A stretch of 64,000 bases of DNA, taken from contig NW_005201102.1 of NCBI RefSeq assembly GCF_000372725.1, positions 186,001 to 250,000 on the forward strand, written 5' to 3'. The notes beneath the pieces were generated by a model, which saw nothing but the letters and a program-made list of their open reading frames with translations, had not been told where the DNA came from and did no database searches. Shown here piece by piece: positions 1-12,000 of this stretch. Source of the DNA: Emiliania huxleyi CCMP1516 (Eukaryota). The position numbers were made by a program, and so were the translations under genes. Positions within the stretch are counted from its first letter, which is position 1. Each line of letters opens with the position of its first letter.

Positions 1-51
1 CACGTGGGGCTCTGGCGCGCGTGTTAGTGTCAGTCAGCAGTGCGCGAGAAG

Positions 52-93
52 AAATCCCTGTGTGGTGGCAGCGTGCCGTTCTCCCAACCCTCC
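52..93 (-). repeat. Partial inverted copy of dispersed intergenic repeat R1
   Basis: Reverse complement GGAGGGTTGGGAGAACGGCACGCTGCCACCACACAGGGATTT matches the copy at ~48772-48814. Confidence 0.75.
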
Positions 94-339
94 TACTTGA
101 CGGAGGTTGACGGCTCTAGCCTCTACCTACATCTCGTGTATATGCCGTACCGTGCGCAAGGCGCATGCGCGTATCAACTATCGACTATCGTGTACTCCAG
201 AACTGTATGCACCACCATTCACGGATGAGAGGCAGAGCTTAGAATACGCTGAACATGATGTGCATCTAATTGAACAGACCGGTCCGTGAGCAGTCTTCGC
301 CGTCAGGCGCCGTTCTCTTACACGTGGCTGGCGAACCGA

Positions 340-3300
340 CTACTCGCGGTCGAGGTCGAGGTCGTCGAGGCCGAGGTCGTCGAGGTCGCTCGCGCCCTCC
401 TCGGCGTCGGAGATACTGCTCGCATCCGAGGCCCTCGACGCGTCGAGGTCGTCGAGGTCGTCGAGGTCGAGGTTGAGGTCGTCGAGGTCGAGGTCGCGCC
501 CGGTAAACTTGTGCGTCTGGTCGACCTGAATAGTCCACGTCTTCTTCCCCTTCTCGCCACGCTCGTCCAGCTCTTTGCGCAGCCGCTCCGCGCGGCGGCG
601 ATAGGCATCCCTCAGCAAGGCGGCCTCGGCCTTCATGATCCCATTGTCGTTGAGCTGTAGCGACGTGAGCGTCGAGTTCGATTTGAGCGCGTCGCCCAGC
701 GCGGCGCAGCCGGCGCCGAGCGCGCAGTAGTTCAGCTCGAGCTCTCGCAGCGACGCATTTTTCGCGATACCGGCGGCAAGGTCAGCGCACGCGTCGGGGC
801 CCAGCTTGTTCTCCGACAGGTCGAGCTGCGTCAGCGAGGTGCTCTCGCCGATCGCGCGCAGCGCGGGAGCCACGCCCGCGCTCAACTTGTTGTCGCTCAT
901 CTTGAGGACCTGGAGCGTGGTGTTGCCCCTGAGCGCCTCGAGGACGGCCGCGCCGCCCTCGTCGCCCAGCGCGCAGTCGCTGAGCTCAAGCTCCGTCAGC
1001 GACGTGCTGGCGGCGAGGCCCTTGCCCAGCGCCACGCCGCCCTCCTCGATCAGGTTAGACTGGATGTCAATCCTCTTGAGCGTCACGCTGCTGGCCAGCG
1101 CCTCGCCGAGCGCGTTGGCAGCAGCCGCGTCCAGCTCGTTGCTGGAGAGGTTGAGCTCAGTGAGGCCGCAGTCGCCGACGGCGGCGCAGATGGGCAGCGC
1201 GCCCGACCCCAGCTCGCAGGAGTCGAGCTGCAAGCTGGTGAGCGCCGGGTGGCCTTTCAGGCGCTGCGCCAGGCCCGCGCCAATGTGGGGCCCGCACTCG
1301 GCGCAGGAGAGGTTGAGCGTGGCCAGCGACTTGCAGTCCAGCAGCGGCGGAAGCAGGCCGCTGGCCTCGCCATTCTTCCACTCCTGCGAGGAGAGGTCGA
1401 CGCTAGTGAGGCTCTTGCTGCGCCCCACTGCCGAGGCGATGGCCTTGGCGACGGCTGGGATCTCGGCAGGGCGCATCAACTCGAGGTTGCAGTTGGCCTC
1501 GAGCACCAAGAGCGAGGGCGCGTCCTCGACCATCCTCGCGAGGGCGATCCAGCCCGCCTCTTGCATCGCCGAGTCGTTGAGCTTGAGCGTCTTGAGCCGC
1601 TTGTTCCCGGCGAGCGCGGCGCACAGCGCCGTGGTGCCGTCGGCCAGGATGTAGTTTGCCGACACGTCGAGGCTGGTGAGGCTCGAGTTCTTGGCGAGCA
1701 GCTTACAGAAGGTGCCGAAGTGCGTGCCGTTGTACGCCTCCCGCTCATCTGCGGCCTCGATGCCGCACAGCTTGTTGTTCGACACGTCGAGCTCCGTGAT
1801 CGAGGTGGCGCCCGCGATGCCGTGGCCGAGGTACACCGCGCCTTCCGGCCCCATCTCCTCGCCGCTCGCCTTCAGGCTGTGCAGCGCCTGCGAGCAGCAC
1901 ATGAGCACGGAAAGCGCACCTGCGCCGCCCGCCTTGAGGTTGCTCTTCATCGACCTCACGTTGAGGTCCGAGGCCGACAGCAGCGCCGGCAGGTTGGGCG
2001 CCGCCATCTGCAAGCGCTCCCATCCGTTAGGCAAATCGCTAACCGCGTTCTTCGCCTGCACCGCATCCTTCATTCGCATCAGCATGTTGGCTTCGTTGTT
2101 GTAGTGCTCGGGCGGATGCGACGTCGACTCGGCCAGCATGTCTCGCAGCACGCTCTTCGCATAGCCGGGCAGATCGAAGGCCGCCTCCGCCCCGTCGGTG
2201 AGCTCCCTGAGCTCGGACCACGCCGTCTGCGTCATCTCGTGGGCCAGTTCGAGCTGCATCGACTCGCACATGTCCATGCACAGCTTGCGCCGCCGTGAGA
2301 CGACCTATCAACAACATTTCGACCGCATCGCTCGTATCCGATCGCTCTGACCTCTCTGCCCTCTCGGAGACGACCTGCTCGATGGTCAGCGCGGTGAGGT
2401 TGACCGAGAGGCGCGTCTCGACAACGATGACGCCGCTCTCCACCCTCGTGCCGAGCACCTCGAGTCCCGTCATAGGGGCGAAAAGGATTTCGGACTCGTG
2501 AGGGTATTGGCTCAGCCACGAGAGCGAGGCGCCGCGATCCACCATCCCCATCTGAATCTCGAAGCAGAGACCCGCCCCGCCGCTCCCCCCGTAGTGGAGC
2601 GCCACCTCCTTGTCGAGCGTGGTCGACATGAACGCGAACTCGACGCCGCCCGCGACGTTCCACTCGTTCTTGGCCCAAAACTCGCTCGGCAGCACGCCGC
2701 CGCTCACGCCGCGGTAGACCTTTTGCGCGGTCATGATCTTGGAGAGCTTGACGCACGCTGAGTTGATGATGTGCAGCGTCGTCGTGTAGTTGTTGCCCAA
2801 GCACAGCTGCTCCAGCTTCTGCACAAAAAAGGGAGCCTTCCCGCCCAGGCCGCGCAGGATCGCGTTGTATCTGCGCGCGGGGTCGGAGGAGGAGGGGGGG
2901 TGGGGAGGGGGCTGTGGGCTGGCTGAGTGGGGGGGCTGGGAGCTGGCTGGGAGGTGGAGCCGGCGCAGCGGTGGCTCACTTGATGAACATTGGCCCGGTG
3001 TACAGCCGCGCTCCCCAGAACTCCTCATCGCAGAGCGAGGTGCAGTCCTGCGTCGCAAGCTGCTCGTTGACCCGCTGCAAGTCGATCGCGAAGTCAGAGA
3101 GCGGGCGGGGCTTGCGGCAAAGGCTGCGCGTGTCCTCCCTCTCGCGCAGCTTGGTGTCCTCGGGCCACGGGTGCTTGCTGCCCGGCCCAAAGTCGGTGTG
3201 CTCCGGGTCGACCACGAAGTGATACTCCGTCTTCGCCGTCGTCGTTGTCCCATAGTTGCCCGCGTTGAAGGGGAGCCCGGAATCGGCCGAGTCACAGTGC

Positions 3301-3992
3301 TCCCGCTTCATCGCCTCCCGCAGCTTGGGGTTGGGCGTCCCGATCAGGCCCTCCAGCCCGCCGAAGAAGGTGTCCAGCCCTCCGTACGACATGGTGAAAG
3401 ACTCGCCCTCCTGCACGAACTTTGCGTGTAGCTCTGCTCCGGTGGCGCCGCCCGAGGCGATGAGGGTCGACGCGCCGTCCCAAACAGCGTCGGCGATGCG
3501 GTCGAGCAGGTGAGGACCAGCCTGGCGGAGGAGCGCGGCCACCGACTCGCGTGAGCCGAGCTTACCTAGCGCGCGCACGAAGGGTAGCGCCAGCGATGCG
3601 TCGGCCGAATCGAGCGCCAGTGATGCGTCGGCCGAGATTGGCGAGAGGAGCGCGGCGGCGATGGCGTCGTTCAGCCCGAGTGAGTTTAGCCATTGCCCCA
3701 TCTGCCACTCCTGGCTCGGGTCGCCCTGTGCCGATGGGGCGGCGAGCCTGGCTTCCGCCACGATCCGAAGTATGTCGGCCGACTGCTCCGCCCGCTGGAC
3801 ATCATGGACCAGCTGCATCGGCCCTCGGGCTTGCTTGCTTGCCGCAGAGCCCATCTCCGCGTCGGCCGCATCGTCCTGCCGCTTCGCTATCGCGTCGTCA
3901 AGCTCCGGATTATCTGGCTTCAGCTGCTGTTGCTGCAGCGAGACGGACTTGCTTGAGAGAGAGCCCGGCTTACTTCTGCGGAGCAAGCCCAT
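340..3992 (-). CDS. NAD+:arginine ADP-ribosyltransferase (R-S-E class) domain fused to RNI-like leucine-rich repeats, with an acidic DLD-repeat tail; 3 exons (3992-2980, 2870-2375, 2304-340)
   Basis: Three ORFs join in frame across GT-AG introns 2871-2979 and 2305-2374. ART motifs: LYTGPMFIK/YNAILRG, VYRG, FAFMSTT, SQYPHESEILF. Many LxxLxLsxNxL repeats of ~28 aa follow (e.g. SLTSLDVSANYI, TLTSLQLNDNGI). Confidence 0.85.
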
Positions 3993-4204
3993 CCCTCACG
4001 GCTCTCGTTCGAGCGCTCTTGAAGTTGAGAAGCTGTCGGGTCTGAGTGTCGGGCGATTGCCGAGCAGCCGCATGAATGACACTGTCACGTCCCGAAAAGA
4101 AGAAAAAGCTTGCCCGAATTCCGGCGTTTTTCACATTTCTCGTCCTATTACACTATTAGTACCGTGTGCTCTCGAGAGCCGCATCATGGCTTAAGTCTGC
4201 GGAC

Positions 4205-4355
4205 TAAAAAAGAAAGAAAACAGACTCCAAGTGCCCCAACTCTAGCAGGGATGGGAGGACGGCACGCCGCCACCACACAGGGTTAAGGAGAGGGGTGTGA
4301 TGCGCTAGCCGTCGCCCACCCTTGGGCGTCCGCCTCTTCCTATCTCTCTTCGCAG
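4205..4355 (+). repeat. Dispersed intergenic repeat R1 (SINE/MITE-like, non-coding)
   Basis: GGACGGCACGCCGCCACCACACAGGG...AAGGAGAGGGGTGTGATGCGCTAGCCGTCGCCCACCCTTGGGCGTCCGCCTCTTCCTATCTCTCTTCGCAG is nearly identical to ~19915-20015 and similar to ~48785-48895. A short partial copy lies at ~4878-4940. Confidence 0.85.
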
Positions 4356-4667
4356 GTCCCTCGACCTGTAAAGAATTTAGACAATGCAGACAGGCTCGAC
4401 ACCTGTAAAGAATTTTCCAATGCAGGGACTTCAAAAAGGGAGAGGTGTGTCCAATGTATGTGGCTCTTACGTACATTCCCGGAGGAGGACTGCTGACAGG
4501 GTTTGCGATGAGGAGTGACCCGAAGGGTTGCTCGGGGTTAGTGCACCACTAACCGCCTCTGCAAGAGCACTGCGCCTCAGCGCTCAGCGGGCTCATACTA
4601 GCACCCACCTATTGGTTCTTGTAGGGTTTGACCAGAGAAACTTTTTCTTCCGATGTCCACCCCGCCG

Positions 4668-4700
<33 letters not shown>

Positions 4701-5169
4701 CTCGCCAGACGCCACCGCCGCCGCCGCCGCCGCGCCCTCGCCAGACACGCCGCCGCCCGCCCGCCTCCTCGACCTCCCCACCGATACAATTCCACACAAC
4801 ACGGTTGAATTCTCTTATTCTATGTCGCTGTCGTGGGATCGCTTGTCATGTGAGAGAGTGCGTTGTCTTCTTGAAATAAAGAAAACAGACAACCCAAGGG
4901 AGGGATGGGGAGGACCGGACACGGCACCACGTCGCCACGATCACGAGGGAGCAGTGTCTGCCAGACCCAGCTCGCTCACACGTCACAGCTGGAGAGGGGC
5001 CAGCTCAGTGCATGTGCGTGAGCCGTGACTGCGCCGGTGTGCTGTGAAGTGTGATGAAGCTCCTCGCCTCTCTCGCGCCTGAGAAGGCGTCGGTGAACTG
5101 TGTTTCTTTGTTGTTTTTGCTACTTCGTACTTGCAATCACGAGTGTAGGTTCCCCGCGGCCCGCGCCGG

Positions 5170-5270
5170 ATGTATAGAGCTCTACAGCTCTACAGCTCTA
5201 CACACTACAGCGCTCTACAGCCCTGCAGCTCTACAGCGCTCTACACTCTACATCCTCTACACCCTCCCTC
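5170..5270 (+). repeat. Degenerate tandem repeat of (G)CTCTACA
   Basis: gctctacagctctacagctctacacactacagcgctctacag...ctctacactctacatcctctacac. Confidence 0.8.
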
Positions 5271-5289
5271 AGGGTGGGTCATGGCGCGG

Positions 5290-7347
5290 TCATACACTGC
5301 TCACCGTAACACTGCCCCCGTCGATCGAGGAGGACTTGCGGTGCTCGCGCAGCTGCTCCCGGTTATGTGGGAGAGAGAGATGCCAGGTGCGTCGCAGCTC
5401 GCCGAGGCTGCGACGGGTGCGTCTGTCGATCAACAGCGCGAGCCTGGGCGAGAATGGTGCGCGCGAGTGTCGAGACTCGCGCAAGAGGGTGTGTGTGCGC
5501 GGGGGTAGTGGTGGTGGGGTTTGGCCGATTGTTTGGGAGACGCCGAGGGGGGTGCGGTGGGACGCCGCGCACCGTCCTGCCTGCGCCGCGTGTCGCCTCC
5601 ACCGAGACCGCAACGTGAACACCTTCCATGCGTCCATGCACGAGCGCAGCCGCACCGCCGCGCCGGCGCGCAACCGGACGCAATGGCCGACTCCAGACGC
5701 GCCAGCGGCGGCCGCATCAGCGGAGGCCCCGACACCGCCGCCAGCCGCCGCGAGCCCGCCGTCGACAGCGCGTCGCAGCTGCTCATTCTCGTGGAGCAGC
5801 TCCGACAGCGCATCCCACTCCGCCACGCGAGCCTGACGCGAGGGCACGGACGCGTGTCAAGGGGGCAGCTGGTCAGCTGGTCGAGGTGGCCGCTGGTCAA
5901 GGGGGCCGCTGGTCAAGGGGGCCCTCCTCCCGATGCCTCCCTCCCGATTCCGACAGGGAGCGAGCGAGCCTGCAGGAAGGCTCGGCCTGCCATACCTCCA
6001 GAGTGGTCGAATCCAGTGTGGGTTTAGTCCCGTGGGTGGTGCGGTGGCCTGCGAGAAGGCTCGGCCGTCCACGAAGCCGTCGCCGCCGCGCCCCTCCCTC
6101 CCGTCTCGGACCGCTGTCTCGAGTTGCGGCTGCGTCAGTACCTCGACGCTCCCGTCCAGGTACCGCACATGGAAGCGGAGCGCCTGCAGGAAGGCTCCAG
6201 GAAGTGTCTAAGAGCTGTCTAGGAGGTGTCGAGGTACCGCACACGGAAGCAGGACGCCTCTGCCGCACCAGCGGCGACGCCGCCACCCTCGCCGCCGACA
6301 CCCAGCCCGCCGCCGCCGAGCCCGCCGCCGCCCTCGCCTCCGCCGCCGCCGCCGCTGCCTCCAAGAGGCAGCGACAACGTCACCCGGTCCACGACCCTCC
6401 CTCGCGACGCGCTTGCACTCTCTCCTTGAGCCCCGTCCGCCGGGCCGGCACAGAGAGGCCCGCCGCCCGCTCGAGGGCTGCGCGCATCGCGGCTGCTGCT
6501 GCGGCACACCTTTGTGGCGTCGGTCGGGCTGGCGGCTTCCGTCGGGCTGGGCGGCCCACCGCTCGATACGGACGGCCCCTCTTCTAGCCGCAAGGTGGCG
6601 GCGCGGCGCGACCGCTCGGCCTGCCTCTGCTCCCGGTGCGACTGCTCGAGCTGCCACTGGCGCTGCTGCAGGAGGGCGAGCCCCCGCCTACCATACCTCC
6701 ATAGTCTCGAATCCGGTGTGGGTTTAGTCCTGTGGGTGGTGCGGTAGCAGGGTGGCGAGCCCCCGCCTGAGGAGGCTGGAGGAGGCTAGGGTGGGTGGGT
6801 GGAAAGGGGCGGGGCCCGCCGCGAGCGGGCAACACCGCGGGCAGCCAGTGAGGCGGCGGCGGCGGCTTGGGGCTGGAGAGGAGTGCGCGCCGCTGCTGCT
6901 GCCGCCGCTGCCGTCGCTGAGCTTCGAGGTGCTCGACCCGCCTATCGAACCGTAGGGCGTGAGCACGAGAGCACGCCGTTCCTGCCTTCTGTGCGCGGGC
7001 GCCTCTGCGCTCGCAGCACCGCGGCGGTCGCCTCAAGCTGCCGCCGCCAGAGCTCGTGTCGCTGGCTGTCGACACTCGCACTCAAAGATTGCGCCGCCGC
7101 CGCCGGCGGCGGCGGCGGCGGCTGTGTGACCGGTTTAGGCGGTGCTGCCGCCCGACTGGCGGCGGCGGCGGCGCGCTCGGCAGCCGCCGCATCACGCCGC
7201 ACCGCCTCGCGCCGCACGGCAGAGCAGTGGTGCTCTCGGGCAGCAGAGTCTGACGACGCCGTCGAGAGTCCACGCCGCTCGAAGCACCTCGCCTCCGTCG
7301 AGGCAGCCCGAGTCCCTCGAAGCTCCCGATAGCGCTCCAACGCCATT
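5290..7347 (-). CDS. Hypothetical multi-exon low-complexity/coiled-coil protein; ends approximate
   Basis: ORF pieces join across predicted GC-AG introns 6688-6766, 6184-6257 and 5987-6065 (...SLLR/RGLALLQQRQWQLEQSHREQRQAER...; ...AAE/ALRFHVRYLDGSVEVL...; ...ARVAEWDALSELLHENEQLRRAV). No recognisable domain. Confidence 0.45.
5990..6044 (-). mobile_element. Introner-like ~55-nt element, family A, copy 1 (in predicted intron 5987-6065)
   Basis: + strand CCATACCTCCAGAGTGGTCGAATCCAGTGTGGGTTTAGTCCCGTGGGTGGTGCGG, flanked by a ~20-nt exon duplicate (gcctgcaggaaggctcggcc / gcctgcgagaaggctcggcc). Confidence 0.75.
6691..6744 (-). mobile_element. Introner-like element, family A, copy 2 (in predicted intron 6688-6766)
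   Basis: + strand CCATACCTCCATAGTCTCGAATCCGGTGTGGGTTTAGTCCTGTGGGTGGTGCGG, flanked by the duplicate ggcgagcccccgcct. Confidence 0.75.
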
Positions 7348-8464
7348 CGGCCCCTCCCCCTCTCCCGCGACGCCCCCCCTTCCTCGTCCACGCCGCCCCC
7401 CCCCGCTGCCTCCCCCCTTCCCGTCCCGCGCCCCGAGCCCGGGCGCCTCCTCTCCACACCCCGCGCACAGCACCCCCCCATTCGCGGAGAGCACCCACCC
7501 CGTCCTCTTCATGCAGCCCCGGGCTGTCCGTCCCGTCCGTAGGCGTGCCGGAGGTAGAATATTGCGACCATGCTATCACGCCTTGCGACAGCCTGTCGGC
7601 GCTGCTGACCGTGCCATGAGGCACAATTGATCACCTGCATAGCTCGCGGCTAGTATCCAGCATTCAGTAGGTAGGTAGGTAGTAAGGTGAAGAACAGCCA
7701 GGCTCGGACTGGACACCAACGCGGTATGGGTGGACGCTGGACAGATGATGACGACACGCACGAGCGACACACAGACACAAACAAGCTCACAAGACACATT
7801 CAGTGACGACCTGATCGTACGGCCAGTAGGAAGGTGTCCTTCCAGCGCGTGCACGCTTCTGACGCAATGCGCGTCACAAACTGCCTCGGATTGGCTGCTG
7901 GCACTCTCGCTCGAGGCTGTGCCTACACAGCCTCGCGCGCATGGGCAGTCAAGAGGGACCATGCACCTTCTCACGACAGCGCCGGTGCCTCTCTCTTGGA
8001 CCGGCAAACGTGGGGGTCTCGTGTCACCAATGTGGGACCAGTGCGGCATCGCGCCATCGACAGCTCTGAACTGCGCCTCACCACTGACCGGGAAGGCCGC
8101 CAAGTGGGCCAGCACCGGTCACACATTGTGGCAGCAGTCAGCAGTGCATGGCTGATAGCTAGAGCAGCAGCGTCAGGGTCGCAGGGTCGGATCGTGTCAA
8201 GCCTCTCGCCCGGCCGGCCGCGTGCAGACGTCGGCCTGTCTGCTGTCTGGAGTGATCTGTCGGCGGTCAGTACGACCGATCAGGTTGGAGTTTTCTGGTT
8301 AGATGGTCTATCTGTATGTACTCCTTGAGATATCTCCAAATCTGCCCTCTGATTAATCGTGCTTAATCGGGAAGTCGGTGCTAACGGAGACTAGCGGAGC
8401 CGGGGCCCGCCGTTTCCGCACTGCGGCGCGGCGCACGGTGCCTCCGGGGGCCCCCGCCTCCCCC

Positions 8465-8680
8465 CAGAGCCCCAGCCAGTTCTTGGTGGTCCAAGTCACC
8501 TCATCGAGGTACTGGGCCCGAGTCAGCTTGTTCTGTAGTACGTTTCGCCGCCTTCCAGAGGATCTCGCCGACCCCCTTCCCGAACCCACCGAACCGATTC
8601 GAACAGCAGCAGCTGCACGTCTCCCTGGCGTAGCGAACCGGTAATCGCCGCCGTAAGTAGACGGTACGTGGCGGTCGCCG
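8465..8680 (-). mobile_element. Frameshifted relic resembling the C-terminus of a non-LTR (RLE-type) retrotransposon ORF
   Basis: With two +1 shifts it reads DVQLLLFES-FGGFGKGVGEILWKAA-NVLQNKLTRAQYLDEVTWTTKNWLGL, homologous to the peptide at ~36085-36222. Confidence 0.5.
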
Positions 8681-9001
8681 CCCACCGCCCTGCCCCCCCT
8701 GGAATCGTGGTATGCCAGCGAGCGACCCGTCCCTTGCCCTCTCTCGCCCTTGCTCTTCCTCTCCCCCTCCATGCCCCCCCCCCCCCCTTCGCAGTAGGGC
8801 CCATGCCCCTCAACAATGTTCAGGATGAAAAAAGAACATAAAAAAATAAAGTTTTTAAAACAACAACCGCGCGACAGAATTCTTTTATTCCTCAGCGTAA
8901 AATTCTTTTATTCCACCACAGCCCGGCGCCAAACGGCCCGGCCGCTCGCCGGAGCCGGAGCGCCTGTCCTCCGCGCGCCTCGTCGCCCCCGGGCGGCTCC
9001 C

Positions 9002-12000
9002 ATGATCCAGGCCGGCCAGCGGTACAAGCTCTCGGGCCTGGCCGCGGCGCACCTCAACGGCAAAACGTGCAAGATTCGGCGGTACGACGAGGAGAAGAAG
9101 CGGTGGATTGTGGACCTGGATGCGGATCTCGAGAAGAACAACGATGCGCCAAAGGCGCTCCGCGCGGAGAACCTCAAGCCCATCACCGAGCCTCCGCTCG
9201 GAGGCCCCTCCACCCCTCCGCCAGCCGCAGCGCAGCCATCCGTTGCTCCGTCGGCGGTGGCGGGAGGAGGGGGAGGCGCGGCGACGACGCCGACGCAGAC
9301 GGGCGCGGGGCTCTCAGCGAACGAGCCCACCGAGATCACGGGCGAAGAGTTCCGGCGTAGCGTCGCGGCGAAGGCCAGCATGGCGCCTCCGCTGACGCCG
9401 CCGTCGGCGGTTGTGGGCGCGGGCGGCGCGGCGGCGCGAGGCGGCGCGCCAGCCGCCAAGCGACGGGTGGTGCCGACAGTGGTGCCGACGGCCTCGGCCG
9501 CGGCCGCGGCATCGGTCCCAGCACCGCCGCCCGCCGCCTCTGCCGGTGGCGATGCTGCTCGCGTGGCGGGCTGCTCCAGGGTCGCTGCTGCTGCGAGGAG
9601 CCCCGCCTCCGTCTCCAACATGGACTTGGACGAGGAGGAGGAGGGGGAGGAGGAGGAGGAGGAGGAGGAGGGGGAGGAGGAGGAGGCTGCGAGCGAGGAC
9701 GGGGATGCGGCCGACGGCGCGCCTCCTCGGCGCGCCGCCGACGAAGCAGGGCGCGAGGTGCCGCTATGGGGAGATGTGGGGAGACGTGGGGAGATGTCGG
9801 GAGGGCGCGAGGTGCCTCGCTAGCCGCATCTCAGCTGCACTGCCAATCCCGCCGCCGCCTCCTCCTCCTCCGCCTCCGCCGCCGCCACCGCCGCCGCCAC
9901 CGCCGCCGCCGCCGCCGCCTCCACCGCCGACCCCACCCAGCCCGCCACCACCCTCCTCCCCGCCTCCCTCCCCGCCGCCACCCTTTCCGTCCGCACACCA
10001 CCGCCCCCGCCACCCCTCCTCCCCGTCCGCCCCTCCTCCCACTCCGCAGGCGCTGGTCCGGCGGCTTCTCGACGCGCAGAACCGGGAGCGCGAGCTCGCG
10101 GCCCTTCTCGAGGACGGCGCCGTCGGACGCGCCCTCGGCGACGATGACGGCACCGGACGCCTAGAGCCGGACGCCTAGAGCCGGACGCCTGGAGCCGGAC
10201 GCCTGGAGCCGGACGCCTGGAGCCGGACGCCTGGAACCGGGACGCCTAGACGCATGTCTTCCAACCCGCGCCCGAGAGGGCACGGACTCCGCTGCATCTC
10301 CCCACACCTCCGCTGCATCTCCCCATCTCCGCCACATCTCCGCTGCATCTCCCCGCATCTCCCCACATTTCCGCTGCATCTCCCCGCATCTCCCCGCATT
10401 TCCGCTGCATATCCCCGCATCTCCCGCATCTCCCGCATCTCCCAGCATAGGCTCCGGAGTCTCGGCCGAGAGGCTCAAGGCGGAGGAGCGGCTCCTCGCC
10501 GCCGCTGCAGACGAGGCCGCCGAGAAGGCGCGCGGCTCTACCGCCGAGCAGATGCTGCGCGACATGGAGGCGATGGCGTCCGGCGGGGGGGCGGCTGTCC
10601 CTCCGGCGGATAGCGGGCGGGGGGGCGGCGCGGCGTCGTCTGCGGCGGACGACGAGGAGTACTCGCCGGCGGTTGCGGCGGCGGCGGGCGAGGCGCTTGC
10701 TGCGGAGGTTGCCGGGTGGCGTGTGGAGTATGACGAGGCGCTCGAGCTGGTGGCCGAGCTGGAAGATGCGCTCGAGGCGAGAGGCGGCCGAGAGACAGCC
10801 GAGAGGCGGCCGAGAGACAGCCGAGGGACAGCCGAGGTGCGGCCGAGGGACAGCCGAGGGACAGCCCGTGTCCCCCCCCCCCCCCCCCTCCCGCCCAGGC
10901 GTCGGGCGTGTCGATCCTCGAGTTTGAGAGGGCGGCCGCCGCCGCAGACGCCGACGGCGGGTTCGGCGAGGGCGGCGCCTCGCAGGAGCCGCCCGCCGCA
11001 GACGCCACGCCGCGGTGCGAAAAGTGCCGCGCGCGACCGGCACTTTCCCTTGCGGCCGGCGGCGGAGGCGGCGGCGGCGGCGGCGGCGGCGGAGGCGGCG
11101 GCGGCGGCGGAGGAGGCGGCGCTGACAGGGCGCGGCCGCAGTCGCTTTGCTGGGTGTGCTCGGCGGACGCGGAGCTGGACGAGCGGCGTCCGCTCAAGTC
11201 GAAGCACGGGCAGAAGCAGGCGGCGGGCGCGTCTGGGTTCACCGGGTGGACCGCCGGCCTCCGCCGCACCGCCGACGCCAGGGCGCTCAAGCAGATGTAC
11301 AAGGTGGAGCGGCCGCAGCAAATCGGCAGGCTGGCGCCGCTGCTGGAGGACGAGGAGACGCTCGAGGTAGACGAGCTTGCGTCGGAGGGGGAGGGGGAGG
11401 AGGAAGAGGAGGGGGGGCGGCCCGCCAAGCTGCCGCGCCTCTTCTCCCACGCGCGTGCGCGCGCGCGCGCTGCGAGGGCGGCCGATGAGGAGTCCCTTTC
11501 GGGCGACTCGTCGTCCGAGGGCGAGGGCGGGCTCGGCGGAGGCGGAGGGCTTTCCGAGGCGAAGCTGGCGCGCGCGTGGCGGGAGGAGCTCAGGCACGAG
11601 GCGGAGGGTGGCCGCCGGCTGGCGCCGCGCGTGCGGAAGGGCGGCCACGACGCCAGGGCGGGCTCGCTGCTGCAAAAGTGCTCGGTCTGCCGCCACCCGT
11701 TCTTCGAGTGCGCGCAGGTGTACGCGCACCCGCAGCTCGGCGTCCCCCTCTGCCACTACTGCCACGAGGCGGTGGTGGAGGAGGAGGGCGGCGGAGGCGG
11801 CGGCGGCGGCGGCGACAGCGCGATGCCGGAGGCGCCGCCAGCCGCAGCAGGCGAGGGCGAGGAGGGCGCGGCAGAGGAGGAGAACGAGGAGGAGGAGGAG
11901 GTGGGGGAGGTGTGCGTGTGGTGCGCCGGGCTCAACCACACCGGTGGCGGCGAGGGCGGCGAGCCGGACGTCTTCCTCAACAACATGCTGCGAGCCGCGT

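Noticed and set aside
340..500. GTCGAG/GTC repeat as an independent element
   Set aside because: It is in frame as the acidic DLDLDD tail of the ART-LRR ORF; nothing indicates mobility.
9845..10045. Polyproline-coding ORF (9411-10178)
   Set aside because: Falls within predicted intron 9758-10049; the CCG/CCT tract is simple sequence.
10155..10445. 14-nt (GCCGGACGCCTGGA) and 10-nt tandem repeats as a CRISPR-like array
   Set aside because: No unique spacers, no cas genes, eukaryotic context; they lie inside a predicted intron.
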